Shown here: in pieces, positions 48,105-57,811 of the stretch
Position numbering within the stretch: the first letter of the stretch is position 1
How the letters are laid out: each line of letters opens with the position of its first letter
Source: Promethearchaeota archaeon
Lineage (GTDB): Archaea > Asgardarchaeota > Hermodarchaeia > Hermodarchaeales > Hermodarchaeaceae
DNA length: 64,000 nucleotides
Direction of reading: 5' to 3'
Assembly (NCBI GenBank): GCA_048938295.1
Contig: JBHLMI010000008.1
Span: 14,082-78,081 of the forward strand
Translations under genes and position numbers: made by a program
Notes under the pieces: generated by a model
Told to the model about the DNA's origin: nothing
What the model saw: the letters and a program-made list of their open reading frames with translations, nothing else
Database searches by the model: none

Positions 48105-48905
48105 ATGAAACTAGCTAAACCGATCTTTAACAACCTCTTCGAGGTGATTCAGAATCGTCGGTCAATGCGCCTATTCCTTGATAAACCGATCCCAAACAAT
48201 GCACTCGAAGTCATCCTCAAAGCAGGTTTTCGTGCCCCCTTCGCAGCCCAATTGTGCAGCCTCATCTACACACGTGATCGAAAGAAAATCGAAGACCTAG
48301 GGTTTCTGGGGGTATATCCGACAACACAGGTACTGATATTTTTTCTCGTTGATTTGAATCGCCACGAGAAGGTCATGAACCAGCGAGGGCACAAATACGA
48401 TTTTGATGATACTCTGGCTCTCTGGCTTGGTTTGCAGGATGTTTCCCTTGTTGTGGAAAACCTCATTCTAGCCGCAGAAGGTTATGGTTTAGGTTCCGTC
48501 TTGCTAGGTGCAACGCCTAATGCTGCTGATGAATTAACTAGGATGTTCAACATCCCTAAACGAGCCTTTCCAGTTGTTGGATTATGCCTAGGATATCCCA
48601 ATCCTGCAGAACACACCGAAATTCGGCCCAGGTATCCGCTTACCTTTAGTGCGTTTGAAGACAGATATCATCAACCATCAAAGGAGGAGTTACTAGAAGC
48701 CATGAAAGTCATGGATGAAGGGTATCTCGCTCAGGATTACTATATTGAGCGACGGGCAAAGATTCCGCTTCGGAAAGGGAAAGACACCATCGATTATGAC
48801 ACCTATTCTTGGTGTGAGCATATCTCCCGAAAATTCATTTCAGGTGGATGGTCGAAAAGATCATTACTTGATACATTGCGAAAACACGGATTCACCTTAG
48901 ACTGA
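48105..48905 (+). CDS. nitroreductase-family protein
   Basis: RRSMRLF..., ..AAEGYGLGSVLLG.. are typical of the nitroreductase fold. 266 aa. Confidence 0.55.
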   Translation: MKLAKPIFNNLFEVIQNRRSMRLFLDKPIPNNALEVILKAGFRAPFAAQLCSLIYTRDRKKIEDLGFLGVYPTTQVLIFFLVDLNRHEKVMNQRGHKYDFDDTLALWLGLQDVSLVVENLILAAEGYGLGSVLLGATPNAADELTRMFNIPKRAFPVVGLCLGYPNPAEHTEIRPRYPLTFSAFEDRYHQPSKEELLEAMKVMDEGYLAQDYYIERRAKIPLRKGKDTIDYDTYSWCEHISRKFISGGWSKRSLLDTLRKHGFTLD

Positions 48906-48913
48906 TGTCGCTG

Positions 48914-49567
48914 CTAGCCTGGGAAGTGTGGACCTGATAAAACTGGGAAATGATCCATTTGGCTCTTCAAGGCATCGAGTTTTTTGAGGAGTTCTTGGTG
49001 CATTGCGGTGATGCTCATAATCACCGTGCCATCTAGACTTTGCTTCTCAGCCAGCATTGCAGCTTCGTCTTGTAAGCGTCCAGCAACCGAGACCATATCC
49101 GCGAGTCGTTGAATCATGCTTTTCATCAGGGTTTCCGTATCGCTGATGACAATGCGATCGGAGCGGAAAATCTGTTTCACATCAAAGCCGTTGAAGCTGA
49201 GTGGCTTATCCTTATATTGGTCAATAACTTCAGCGGTGTACGATTGAAGGAATAAGGAGCTTAACCGGTTCAGCGCATCATTGAGCTCAAACTCATCATG
49301 ATCGTTTGATGACAGAATCACAAAAACGAGACTCTCAAACACGTTAAAAGCCATTTTTACTTGTAACAACCGCAACCGTTCTAAAGCTCCTGCATTCCGC
49401 AACACATTCACAAGAGTGACTGCAAGAGTCGAAAACACGGAGGGATCCATCCCAATCGCCGCCAACCGACTTTTACCGGCAGGAGCCAAGTGGAAGAGTG
49501 GATTCTCAGTTTGCCGATGCACTATGAGGATATCATGGATCATTGTAGCCTTACCTTCCCAACACAA
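48914..49567 (-). CDS. hypothetical protein
   Basis: 217-aa ORF with no clear motif; likely start at internal ATG (MIHDIL...). Confidence 0.35.
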   Translation of the reverse strand: MCWEGKATMIHDILIVHRQTENPLFHLAPAGKSRLAAIGMDPSVFSTLAVTLVNVLRNAGALERLRLLQVKMAFNVFESLVFVILSSNDHDEFELNDALNRLSSLFLQSYTAEVIDQYKDKPLSFNGFDVKQIFRSDRIVISDTETLMKSMIQRLADMVSVAGRLQDEAAMLAEKQSLDGTVIMSITAMHQELLKKLDALKSQMDHFPVLSGPHFPG

Positions 49568-49701
49568 GTGTCTTTCAAAGACCTGTCTAACTAATTTTGT
49601 CAGATACGCTCTTAAATCGATTGCCTAGGTACTGACATTTCCAACTAAAATCCGAGAAAAGATGTAGCCAAAAAACACCTCATGAAAGGTTTCTGTCACC
49701 A

Positions 49702-50973
49702 TTATTCTCTATGGATTCTTCTATTCTGAGTATATTTGTTGATGATTAGCAGAGAAGCTGCTATTCCGAAGATTAAGGCCAAGAAGCCAGCTAGATTTAC
49801 AAAAGCATTTGGTGTTGAAGCTGAGTCTGATAGTGAGGGTAATACGTAGTCTTTGACAAGATTAAGAAACGGAACACCATCAGGTTCTTCAGCTGTAACC
49901 ACAATCACTAAGTCATGTTGGGGAATGACGCAGATCCCCTGACCCCCAGCACCAAACGCAGCGTAAGCACCAATAATGGGATAGATTATCCAATGGTATC
50001 CATAACCATAGCCGGGACAGAACATCGTATGCATTTGTGTTGATTCAACAACCCACTCTTCCGAAATCACCTGTTGCTGTTCCCATCGCCCCTTATGTAA
50101 ATAGAGAAACCCATACTTGGCCATATCTCGTGGTAAGAGACTAAGTCCAAAACCACCATAATTGATTCCCTGACGATCCGACTCCCAATAGTGGCGTGTA
50201 ATCCCTAGGGGTTGAAACAAATGCTCAGCAGCAAAGTGGTGCATACTTTCTCCGCTAGTGACGGTGATGAGTGTTGAGAGCATGGATGAGGCACCCGTGT
50301 TGTAGTACCATTTCCAATTGGGTGCACATTCCATCGGCAAATCAAGGAAGAACTGGACACTATCCTCACTCTGTATCCATTGCACAAAGGAATTTCTTGA
50401 ATCATCATAAGAGTAGGTTCCTTCATCCCATTGAAGGCCTGTTTTCATTGTTAACAAATCCCGAACAGCAATCATATCCTTCAATGGGTTCGGGTTTGCC
50501 ACGGTCCGGTTAGGAAAATATGCGAGAACAGGATCCTGAATATTGCCAATATAGCCTTCATCGACCGCAATCCCAAAGATGCCTGCGGTGACGCTCTTAG
50601 TGACAGAAGCGAGAAAGTGAAGCTGATTCTCATCGTAGGCAGGATTAGGATAGGTTTCGAAGACAATGTATCCATGGTGCACGACCAAGAAAGCGTTATA
50701 GCACAGCTCATAAGAATTTAGCTTCGCATCTAATAGGTCCAAGAGACGTGAATCCATGCCCTGAGATTCCGGAGAAGCGAATAGCCAACCATCAGTGGGC
50801 CAATAATCTGGTTCACTTGGAGTACCATTAAGGTTCGATGAAGGTAGTGCGGCACTCACTGGAATGAGAAAAAACAACACAACCCAGAGAACCTGAAACC
50901 GAACATTCACTTGCCGTACCTCAGGTAGACCAGCCTCCAATCTAGTAGTTAAAAACTCAAATGATACAGGCAA
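49702..50973 (-). CDS. serine beta-lactamase/esterase family protein with N-terminal signal-anchor and C-terminal TM
   Basis: SxxK motif in FLASVTKSVTAG. C-terminal TM LAGFLALIFGIAASLLII. Confidence 0.6.
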   Translation of the reverse strand: MPVSFEFLTTRLEAGLPEVRQVNVRFQVLWVVLFFLIPVSAALPSSNLNGTPSEPDYWPTDGWLFASPESQGMDSRLLDLLDAKLNSYELCYNAFLVVHHGYIVFETYPNPAYDENQLHFLASVTKSVTAGIFGIAVDEGYIGNIQDPVLAYFPNRTVANPNPLKDMIAVRDLLTMKTGLQWDEGTYSYDDSRNSFVQWIQSEDSVQFFLDLPMECAPNWKWYYNTGASSMLSTLITVTSGESMHHFAAEHLFQPLGITRHYWESDRQGINYGGFGLSLLPRDMAKYGFLYLHKGRWEQQQVISEEWVVESTQMHTMFCPGYGYGYHWIIYPIIGAYAAFGAGGQGICVIPQHDLVIVVTAEEPDGVPFLNLVKDYVLPSLSDSASTPNAFVNLAGFLALIFGIAASLLIINKYTQNRRIHRE

Positions 50974-50985
50974 ATCACAAAAGAA

Positions 50986-51315
50986 TCACAATTCGGCTTG
51001 CACCCGTCGCACAAACCCTTGGTAGTTGTGATTAGCAATCGAGCTCGCATGACCTGCCACCGTGGCCAGAGCCAGACGCAACTGTAGCACCTCCTGATAC
51101 AGCCCCAGGATCATAGACATAAACAAGGCTTCAGAGGCACACGGACGAGCCACAGCACTGGCTGCATCCGCATAGGTCCGCGCATAGACAAAGAGGTTAT
51201 CAAAGGCGGGTTGCTCGTCGGCACGCAACGCGGCACGAAAGATTCCCCAACGCCGGCGCTCCTTTTCCAGTTGTAGTCGATAGGTAGGTACTGTACGTCC
51301 CATCAAACACACCAC
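50986..51315 (-). CDS. hypothetical GC-rich small ORF immediately downstream of the RNR gene
   Basis: 109 aa with GC-rich codons. No motif recognised. Confidence 0.3.
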   Translation of the reverse strand: MVCLMGRTVPTYRLQLEKERRRWGIFRAALRADEQPAFDNLFVYARTYADAASAVARPCASEALFMSMILGLYQEVLQLRLALATVAGHASSIANHNYQGFVRRVQAEL

Positions 51316-51409
51316 CGGTGAGACTGGACGTACGGCTAAAAAGGCACCAGCACTGATGCAAGAAATCGCCCATCATTCCCCAGGAATGACCCAGTTCTTG
51401 CTGTCACCC

Positions 51410-54400
51410 CTAGGGGCTGTCCGTGAAGCGGACATCCTCACAAGTCGGGCACCCAGCATACAACACCTGCAGTCCTTCCAGGGATCCATCACGGAACACG
51501 GTGATGCCCTTCAACCCCAACTCATCCGCCAACAAGAATACCCGACGAATATCCTCCGTCGAAGCGTTGTTAGGCACATTAACGGTTTTGCTTACTGCAT
51601 TGTCTGTGTGTTTCTGGAAGGCTGCTTGCACGCGCACATGCCATTCAGGATCGATTTCATGAGCAGTTTTGAACAAGCGCTTGATATCGTCTGGTACACC
51701 TTCCACGTCCTGTACAGATCCCGTCGATGCCACTTCCTGCTCAACAGCTTCACACCAGAAGCCACGTTCTTCAGCAATTTCGACGAAGTATCTGTTTGTA
51801 TCCGTCAAGCGGACACCTTCAGTGAGTACCCGATCATGCACAATAGCAAACAAAGGTTCAATCCCACTACTGGTCCCCGCAATCAAGCTAATACTCCCAG
51901 TAGGGGCAATCGTGATTAGCGTTGCATTCCGCTTCCATTTCCGACGCTGCTTCAATAAATCAATGTGCTCGAAGTTACCCCGCACCTTCGCCAGTTCCGC
52001 TGACGCCCGCTCCGCACGATTCCGAATGAACTCCATCACCTGTTCCGCTAATTCCAAGGCTTTCTCGGAATCGTATGGAATCCGCAGCTGAATGAGCATC
52101 TCCGTCCAGCCCATAATCCCAAGCCCAATCTTCCGCGTGGCTTTGGTCTGAATGGCAATCTCTTCCACCGGATACTTATTCAAATCAATAATATTATCCA
52201 AGAACCGCACCGCCAACGGAATAATTTCACCCAACCGCTTCCAATTCACCTCACCATCCTCCACTAGGCGGGATAAGTTGATGCTACCTAACACGCACGA
52301 CTCGTAAGGCAAAAGTGGTTGCTCACCACAATTTGAAACAATGATTCCTGATAGTTTTTTGTTCCCCTTTTTGCTTTCATACTCTCTAGTTATCGTGGCA
52401 AAATTATGATAGTCATCTACCGTGATGTTATAGACATCGGAGATTCCACAATCTTGAACCGAAGCAACTCGATGATTCAATTCAGCAATGGCAGGTTTGT
52501 TTAATGCCCTATAGGTATTGGAACAACCTCTTGAACAACATACCTGTGGTTTTGATTTGATATACTCAATTCGCGTACCACAAACCGGACACTCGCCTTC
52601 CAAATTACTATCTTTCCACCTTTCTTTCGCAGCTATGCTTATTTTCTCCCGAATTTCTTGATCAGCCATTACTTCATTCATTCTTTCTCGGAAAATCTTG
52701 CTAAACTTCTTGTCAGAGAATCTTCTTCGGGTTGATTCACTAATTTTTACTCTTGTTTCATACGAGTGAATTCTGCCGAACATACCATTGTCTTCACCAG
52801 ATCTCCCAACAGCCAGGTGTTCCTTAATCCAATCCTCTGGCATACGATGATAGGGATTGTTAGATCCAAGCATATCTCGTCGATGAAGCTTTCTGTGCTC
52901 ATGGGATGTCATAATTTGAATATTTGCCCATGAATTATCCAATGTATCATAGTTTATGTGATGAACAACCTCACTTCGCTTTAATTTCCGTCCAAGCATA
53001 AATTCTGCAATTATTTTATGCTCTCCACGATGAAACACATTCTGATTTTGATGAATATGCCAATACTTGCTTTTCTTACCTCGTTGTCTGTATTGAATCT
53101 TGAAAAATGGCATTATTCGATCCCCCTCCTTCAGGCTGCCTGCTTCAACATAAGAACCGTCCCTTAGCATCACTCTATGGTTTTTAGTGAGTTTGAGAGA
53201 ACTATTATCATCAAAAGTAACTTCAACAATTGGAACTTGTTCTCTTGTTTTTCTTGGATTTCGACCCATTCTGACAACCATCCCATCGCCTGACCAACAA
53301 AAGACTGGAACACCTCTACCCTCTCGGGCAAGGTCCTCAATTGACACATAATTTCTCCCATCAGCGACGGCAATAAGCGTATCACCAGAAACACACGGAT
53401 TCGTTGATTCTATTTGTTTGCCTTTGAGGGGGTGTTCGTCGTTAATGCGATCGATGAAGATCATGCCGGGGTCCCCGGTGTTCCAGGCGTTCAGGATCAT
53501 AGAGTCGAAGATCATGCGAGCACTGATGGTTTGCTCGACTTCACCGGTGTGAGGGTTGATCAAGTCGATGTTCCCACCGGTTTTCAAGGCATGCATGAAC
53601 TCGTGGGTGACGGCGACGGAGATGTTGAAGTTACGGAAGGATTTCTTGTCGGCTTTCGCACTAATGAACTCCATGATATCCGGATGATCACACCGCAAGA
53701 TAGCCATGTTCGCACCGCGTCGCTTGCCTCCTTGTTTAATAACATCGGTAGCAGTATCATAGATGCGCATGAAGGAGACTGGACCGCTGGCGACTCCACC
53801 TGTAGATCCGACTGTTGTACCCTTTGGTCGGAGCTGAGAAAAAGAGAATCCCGTATTGTGTACTACCACAAGATGGCCATTTCCTGCTAGATAATTCTGG
53901 TTTATCGGAACAGAGAAGTCATAAAGAGTGGCACTTTCCCCTTTAATTTCTACATCTTTTACCTGAATTCTACGAAAACTGAATGGCTTATGTTTGCTTA
54001 GTCGGGGTTTCCGTTCGGTCGGGAATAAACGTCCATAGCCTGTTGAGAAAGCAATTTCCCATCCTGTGGATCGAATACCAAAACGGGTTCTATCTCGTCT
54101 TCTAACCTTGTAATTTATTCCGATCATTGCGAGGAGGCTGGAGAGAAAGTCCTTTAGTGAGTCTGATGATGTGTAAAGACTTATCACATCTCGACCAAAG
54201 TAGCCATCTCCGTCTAATAGCCCAGCAATAAAAGAAAATGGTGCACCAGGTATGAATTGAGGAGTTAGCTTATCTTCCCCAACGATTTCGTATAAATGAT
54301 AAATGAATGAATCTTTCTTTTTGGTAGTGGTTTTTAGAATATAGCAATTTTCTCTTGGATCTTTTTGTAGCTTCAATCGGCGTGTGTTTCTATACTTTGC

Positions 54401-55543
54401 AATGATTCGATTTGCTCTTTGAAGAATTTCCTGACGTTCATCAAATAGACGTAGTCTAAGGCCATTGACTGTTATATCAAAACATCCATCAGCTATGATA
54501 TATCCAATTAGCCACCAGAGACTGGCTTCCTTCTCAGTGAGTGGAACATCAAAAATCCCATTCTTCAGTAATGAATCACCTGAAACGAGCTCATCTGCAC
54601 GTTTGATTTGGATTTTCTCGCCATTCCATACATAAAAAGGGTGCCAACAACTGGTTTCGATTTGTCCATTTGAACCATACGAGATTCGTACTGTTTTGTC
54701 TAAGGCGAATTTCCATCCCTGACTTACAGGTCGTTCTTCAAAGATTTGCAGTACAGGATTCCATGAATACAAGGTAATTGGAGATATTGTTTGTGGGAAT
54801 CCTGTGATAGTTATATCTTTCATTCCGGGAATCTGCTCTATTTCTACTAGCCCATGTTCTTTTGTTAAGACCTTTGTTCCTTCTTTGACACACCCACCGC
54901 CAGATTTCTGAACTCGGGCCATATGCCAGAGGGTGTTGAAGATGGAGTCGATGTCGTCGCGAATTGGTAGCACAAAGCAAGCGCTGAGTTGTCCGATATC
55001 GGTGCCAGCGTTATAGAGGGTGGGGCTGTTAGGCATGAACTCGAGGTTGGCGATCATATCATAGAAGAGCTGTTCGTAGGTTTTATAGTCGGCACTTTTA
55101 TCGAAGATCTTTTCGGCTTTTGCGACTGCTTTCGCGACGCGATGGAAGAGTTGTGATGGGGTTTCGATGGGAGTACCGTCATCGTCTTTGAGGAGGTAGC
55201 GTTTGGCCACTGTGGCGGCGTTCGGTCCTAATTTCAGATCGTCGACTACCCCTACGGTGCGGAGTAGGCGTCGTGCAACGGCTCGTTTCTCGCGGTATTT
55301 GATGTAGCGCTTTGCTGTCTCAGTATAGCCGTTGACCATTAGTACTTCTTCAACGATATCTTGGATTTCTTCAATGTGAATTGTGTCAACGTTTTTGTTC
55401 TTGATGATTTTGATAACTTTGTCTGTTAGTTTTTTTGCAGGTTTTGAATCTGCTTTATGTGATTCAAAAGCACGTCGAATGGCGTTCTCGATTTTGGTTG
55501 GATCCCAGTCAACAATACGTCCGTCACGTTTCTCAACTTTCAC
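51410..55543 (-). CDS. nrdJ: class II (adenosylcobalamin-type) ribonucleotide reductase with N-terminal ATP-cone and two inteins
   Basis: GTG start. ATP-cone VEKRDGRIVDWDPTKIENAIRRA. RNR blocks PNSPTLYNAGT, KSGGG|TGFSFSQLRP, ESTNP|CGEQPL (active-site Cys), C-terminal Cys pair GCPTCED. 1377-aa precursor; about 676-aa spliced protein. Confidence 0.9.
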   Translation of the reverse strand: MKVEKRDGRIVDWDPTKIENAIRRAFESHKADSKPAKKLTDKVIKIIKNKNVDTIHIEEIQDIVEEVLMVNGYTETAKRYIKYREKRAVARRLLRTVGVVDDLKLGPNAATVAKRYLLKDDDGTPIETPSQLFHRVAKAVAKAEKIFDKSADYKTYEQLFYDMIANLEFMPNSPTLYNAGTDIGQLSACFVLPIRDDIDSIFNTLWHMARVQKSGGGCVKEGTKVLTKEHGLVEIEQIPGMKDITITGFPQTISPITLYSWNPVLQIFEERPVSQGWKFALDKTVRISYGSNGQIETSCWHPFYVWNGEKIQIKRADELVSGDSLLKNGIFDVPLTEKEASLWWLIGYIIADGCFDITVNGLRLRLFDERQEILQRANRIIAKYRNTRRLKLQKDPRENCYILKTTTKKKDSFIYHLYEIVGEDKLTPQFIPGAPFSFIAGLLDGDGYFGRDVISLYTSSDSLKDFLSSLLAMIGINYKVRRRDRTRFGIRSTGWEIAFSTGYGRLFPTERKPRLSKHKPFSFRRIQVKDVEIKGESATLYDFSVPINQNYLAGNGHLVVVHNTGFSFSQLRPKGTTVGSTGGVASGPVSFMRIYDTATDVIKQGGKRRGANMAILRCDHPDIMEFISAKADKKSFRNFNISVAVTHEFMHALKTGGNIDLINPHTGEVEQTISARMIFDSMILNAWNTGDPGMIFIDRINDEHPLKGKQIESTNPCVSGDTLIAVADGRNYVSIEDLAREGRGVPVFCWSGDGMVVRMGRNPRKTREQVPIVEVTFDDNSSLKLTKNHRVMLRDGSYVEAGSLKEGDRIMPFFKIQYRQRGKKSKYWHIHQNQNVFHRGEHKIIAEFMLGRKLKRSEVVHHINYDTLDNSWANIQIMTSHEHRKLHRRDMLGSNNPYHRMPEDWIKEHLAVGRSGEDNGMFGRIHSYETRVKISESTRRRFSDKKFSKIFRERMNEVMADQEIREKISIAAKERWKDSNLEGECPVCGTRIEYIKSKPQVCCSRGCSNTYRALNKPAIAELNHRVASVQDCGISDVYNITVDDYHNFATITREYESKKGNKKLSGIIVSNCGEQPLLPYESCVLGSINLSRLVEDGEVNWKRLGEIIPLAVRFLDNIIDLNKYPVEEIAIQTKATRKIGLGIMGWTEMLIQLRIPYDSEKALELAEQVMEFIRNRAERASAELAKVRGNFEHIDLLKQRRKWKRNATLITIAPTGSISLIAGTSSGIEPLFAIVHDRVLTEGVRLTDTNRYFVEIAEERGFWCEAVEQEVASTGSVQDVEGVPDDIKRLFKTAHEIDPEWHVRVQAAFQKHTDNAVSKTVNVPNNASTEDIRRVFLLADELGLKGITVFRDGSLEGLQVLYAGCPTCEDVRFTDSP
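52331..53395 (-). mobile_element. intein 2 (355 aa) with HNH homing endonuclease, inserted at the active-site NP|CGE cysteine
   Basis: Starts CVSGDTLIAV (block A), ends GIIVSN with +1 Cys (the catalytic Cys of NPCGE). HNH motif EVVHHINYDTLDNSWANIQIMTSHEHRKLH. Additional CPVCG..CCSRGC Zn-finger. Penultimate Ser instead of His. Confidence 0.8.
53855..54892 (-). mobile_element. intein 1 (346 aa) with LAGLIDADG homing endonuclease, inserted in the GGG|TGF motif
   Basis: Starts CVKEGTKVL (block A), ends HLVVVHN with +1 Thr. Two LAGLIDADG motifs: LIGYIIADG and FIAGLLDGDG. Boundary codons checked against the nucleotide sequence. Confidence 0.8.
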
Positions 55544-55586
55544 AGGATAAGCCTCCCATTAACGCCCAATTGCATGGATAGTTTCG

Positions 55587-55650
55587 GCGCACTCAAGCAG
55601 TGTCTCTGCTTAAATGCCTTCAGGTCTTTTGATGGCATTTCTGAGTGCGC
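55587..55650 (-). promoter_or_regulatory. nested hairpin structure in the RNR 5' leader
   Basis: Outer 9-bp stem GCGCACTCA / TGAGTGCGC (55587-55595 and 55642-55650) encloses two small hairpins: AGCAG/CTGCT and AAATGCC/GGCATTT. It starts 44 nt upstream of the RNR start codon. Confidence 0.25.
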
Positions 55651-55763
55651 AAAGTGTTACGGCTAGGCTCTAGCCGAACCAGATATTATACTGCACGCTG
55701 GGATTTAACTCCCAAGATTTTCAAGAGGTTAAGTGAAGTGAACCCAAGACGAAGGTATTGAAA

Positions 55764-56441
55764 CTACAATTCTGTTTTGGCGATAGTTTTGCCTAAATTG
55801 GTCGTGAGATCAACTCGGAACCAAGTTCCGGCAACGATGTTTTCGAATTCAAACAGATCTGCTAATGGGTCGTCTTCGGTGTTCTGGAGGACAAGTTTTC
55901 CATCCCCAGCTAGCCCTTCATGAATGACGAAATCTAATTTGGCTGCAGTGATATGCTGCACGTCATAAGATTCACCGTCAACACTTGGAATGATTTTGAG
56001 GTTAATGGTGTCCCCTGTGTCAATCCATTCTCCAGGTCCTTCAAGGTCTATATCAAACTTCATTATAGGAACCTTATTGCTGAGAACTTGAGCTTTAATT
56101 CGGTTCTCTCTGCGAGAATACTTGAACTTGCCAGGTTTAGAAGGGAAGCCCCAGATTTCTCGATGAGCTACCATTGAAACAATATTATCAGTGTGCATGG
56201 TGACGCAATAGACGCCGAAATACGCTTCATAAAGACATTGTACCACGATCGCTGATTCCCAAATATCCCCCCACGGGGAGTTGCGGAACTGAGCAAGATA
56301 AGCCCCCCCCAATAACCCGGGTGTAAGGGGTTTGGGGAGGATTCGTTCTAGGCAGTTTTTTGTTGGTTGGAAAATTACTTGGATCATTTCTGAATCCGTA
56401 TAGCGAAGTGGCCCTTGAAACCAGGGCTTATAGACTGGCAT
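55764..56441 (-). CDS. acetoacetate-decarboxylase-like (ADC family) protein
   Basis: AQFRNSPWGDIWESAIVV resembles the ADC-family xYRDSPVGPY block. Start at internal ATG (MPVYKPW). Confidence 0.5.
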   Translation of the reverse strand: MPVYKPWFQGPLRYTDSEMIQVIFQPTKNCLERILPKPLTPGLLGGAYLAQFRNSPWGDIWESAIVVQCLYEAYFGVYCVTMHTDNIVSMVAHREIWGFPSKPGKFKYSRRENRIKAQVLSNKVPIMKFDIDLEGPGEWIDTGDTINLKIIPSVDGESYDVQHITAAKLDFVIHEGLAGDGKLVLQNTEDDPLADLFEFENIVAGTWFRVDLTTNLGKTIAKTEL

Positions 56442-56586
56442 GGTCAATTGTTTCGTCAACCTTATTCCACATCCTTCCACAACTCATAATGTGTGACGAA
56501 TTAGCTCATCTATGCAGATTTCACCTTTTAATTCTACGTCTATGAATTGCAAAAGCCACAGAGTTCTAAAATAAAGCATTAAAAGA

Positions 56587-56820
56587 ATGAGAAATTTAGT
56601 TGAAGTGATAATGATGCGAACAATCGATATCGTGTGCCCATTATTATTGCTTGCCATTGCGCTCCTAATCACTTGGATTTTAGTTCTGATGAATCCAGTG
56701 ATCCTTCCCTTTGCCTTGGGCTTCGCGGTCCTCCTTGTTATCTTCATTCTTCTTTCCTTTTGTACAGGACGGTATACTCGAAAGGATGCATCTGACCAAG
56801 TCTTGACCTACAAACGCTAG
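56587..56820 (+). CDS. hypothetical small 2-TM membrane protein
   Basis: 77-aa hydrophobic ORF. Confidence 0.3.
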   Translation: MRNLVEVIMMRTIDIVCPLLLLAIALLITWILVLMNPVILPFALGFAVLLVIFILLSFCTGRYTRKDASDQVLTYKR

Positions 56821-56835
56821 AATCCGTTCCGTGAC

Positions 56836-57240
56836 TTAAGGGAAGAATATGAAAAACATGTAGTCGATGATAAAGTCAATTACGAAGATAAGAATCACTG
56901 CAATAGCTACGATTGTCAAACCACGGACAAACATCGTATCGAAGAAATGCTGTACCAAAACCATCCAAACAATGAAGGTAGCTAGCAGGCCAACCACAGT
57001 CCAAGCAAAGATAACAATCTCATTCAACCCGGGAACAAGAACGTAGCTGATGGTCCAATCAATCCCCAGCTTCAGTAACAACCCCAGCAGCGCGACGAAA
57101 ATTGCATCCGTGACCTTGGCATTAACACCAGAGAGCAGCCGACCTGCTGCAAAGAATGCAATCGTCGCCACAATGAAACTCACTATAAAAGTTACAACAG
57201 CGTCAATCTGAGCAGGTGAAAGGAACAGCACCATTGTCAA
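56836..57240 (-). CDS. hypothetical 4-TM membrane protein
   Basis: 134-aa hydrophobic ORF. Confidence 0.45.
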   Translation of the reverse strand: MTMVLFLSPAQIDAVVTFIVSFIVATIAFFAAGRLLSGVNAKVTDAIFVALLGLLLKLGIDWTISYVLVPGLNEIVIFAWTVVGLLATFIVWMVLVQHFFDTMFVRGLTIVAIAVILIFVIDFIIDYMFFIFFP

Positions 57241-57310
57241 CTCCTATTCGACTAGCGGTAAGATACGAAGCTGCTTCCCTAAATAGCTTCGCCAAAGTGT
57301 TCATTGCAAA

Positions 57311-57805
57311 GTGATTGACATGATTAAGGCTAGGCTTATATCACAGAAGCCACCAAATCCTAAGCCACACGTCCGCATGGAGGATCACACGATGAGCAGT
57401 AAGAAGACCGTCAGCGAACGAATCAAAACCGCGTCCATCGCCCAAATAACCGGCATCGTCCTCATCTGGTACGCAATCAGCATCATCACCTCCCGCCTTA
57501 TCACCGTCATAATCGCCCCTGGCATAAGCATTGAATCCGGTATCTACCATTATCATCACGTATTATGGGGATTGATTCTTATGATGATGGGAGGCTTCAT
57601 AGCCTTGTATTGGGAAAGTCGACGCGCCAAAGTCTTTGGGGCCTTTTTCCTGGGTTTAGGACTGGGGCTAGCGGTAGATGAAGTCGGACTCATTTTAGTC
57701 ACTGCAGATTCTGGGTATTGGGATCCTATCACGTATCCCGTTATGATTATCGTGGCTCAAGTGCTCTTTATTGCATGGATGGTTGCCCGGCAACAAGGAC
57801 GATAA
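57311..57805 (+). CDS. hypothetical membrane protein
   Basis: 164-aa ORF with 4 predicted TM helices; the start may be at the internal ATG (MSSKKTV). Confidence 0.45.
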   Translation: MIDMIKARLISQKPPNPKPHVRMEDHTMSSKKTVSERIKTASIAQITGIVLIWYAISIITSRLITVIIAPGISIESGIYHYHHVLWGLILMMMGGFIALYWESRRAKVFGAFFLGLGLGLAVDEVGLILVTADSGYWDPITYPVMIIVAQVLFIAWMVARQQGR

Positions 57806-57811
57806 TACAAG

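Noticed and set aside
51356-52091. Plus-strand ORFs of 79-187 aa overlapping the RNR C-terminal extein
   Set aside because: Antisense to the conserved RNR C-terminus in a GC-rich stretch.
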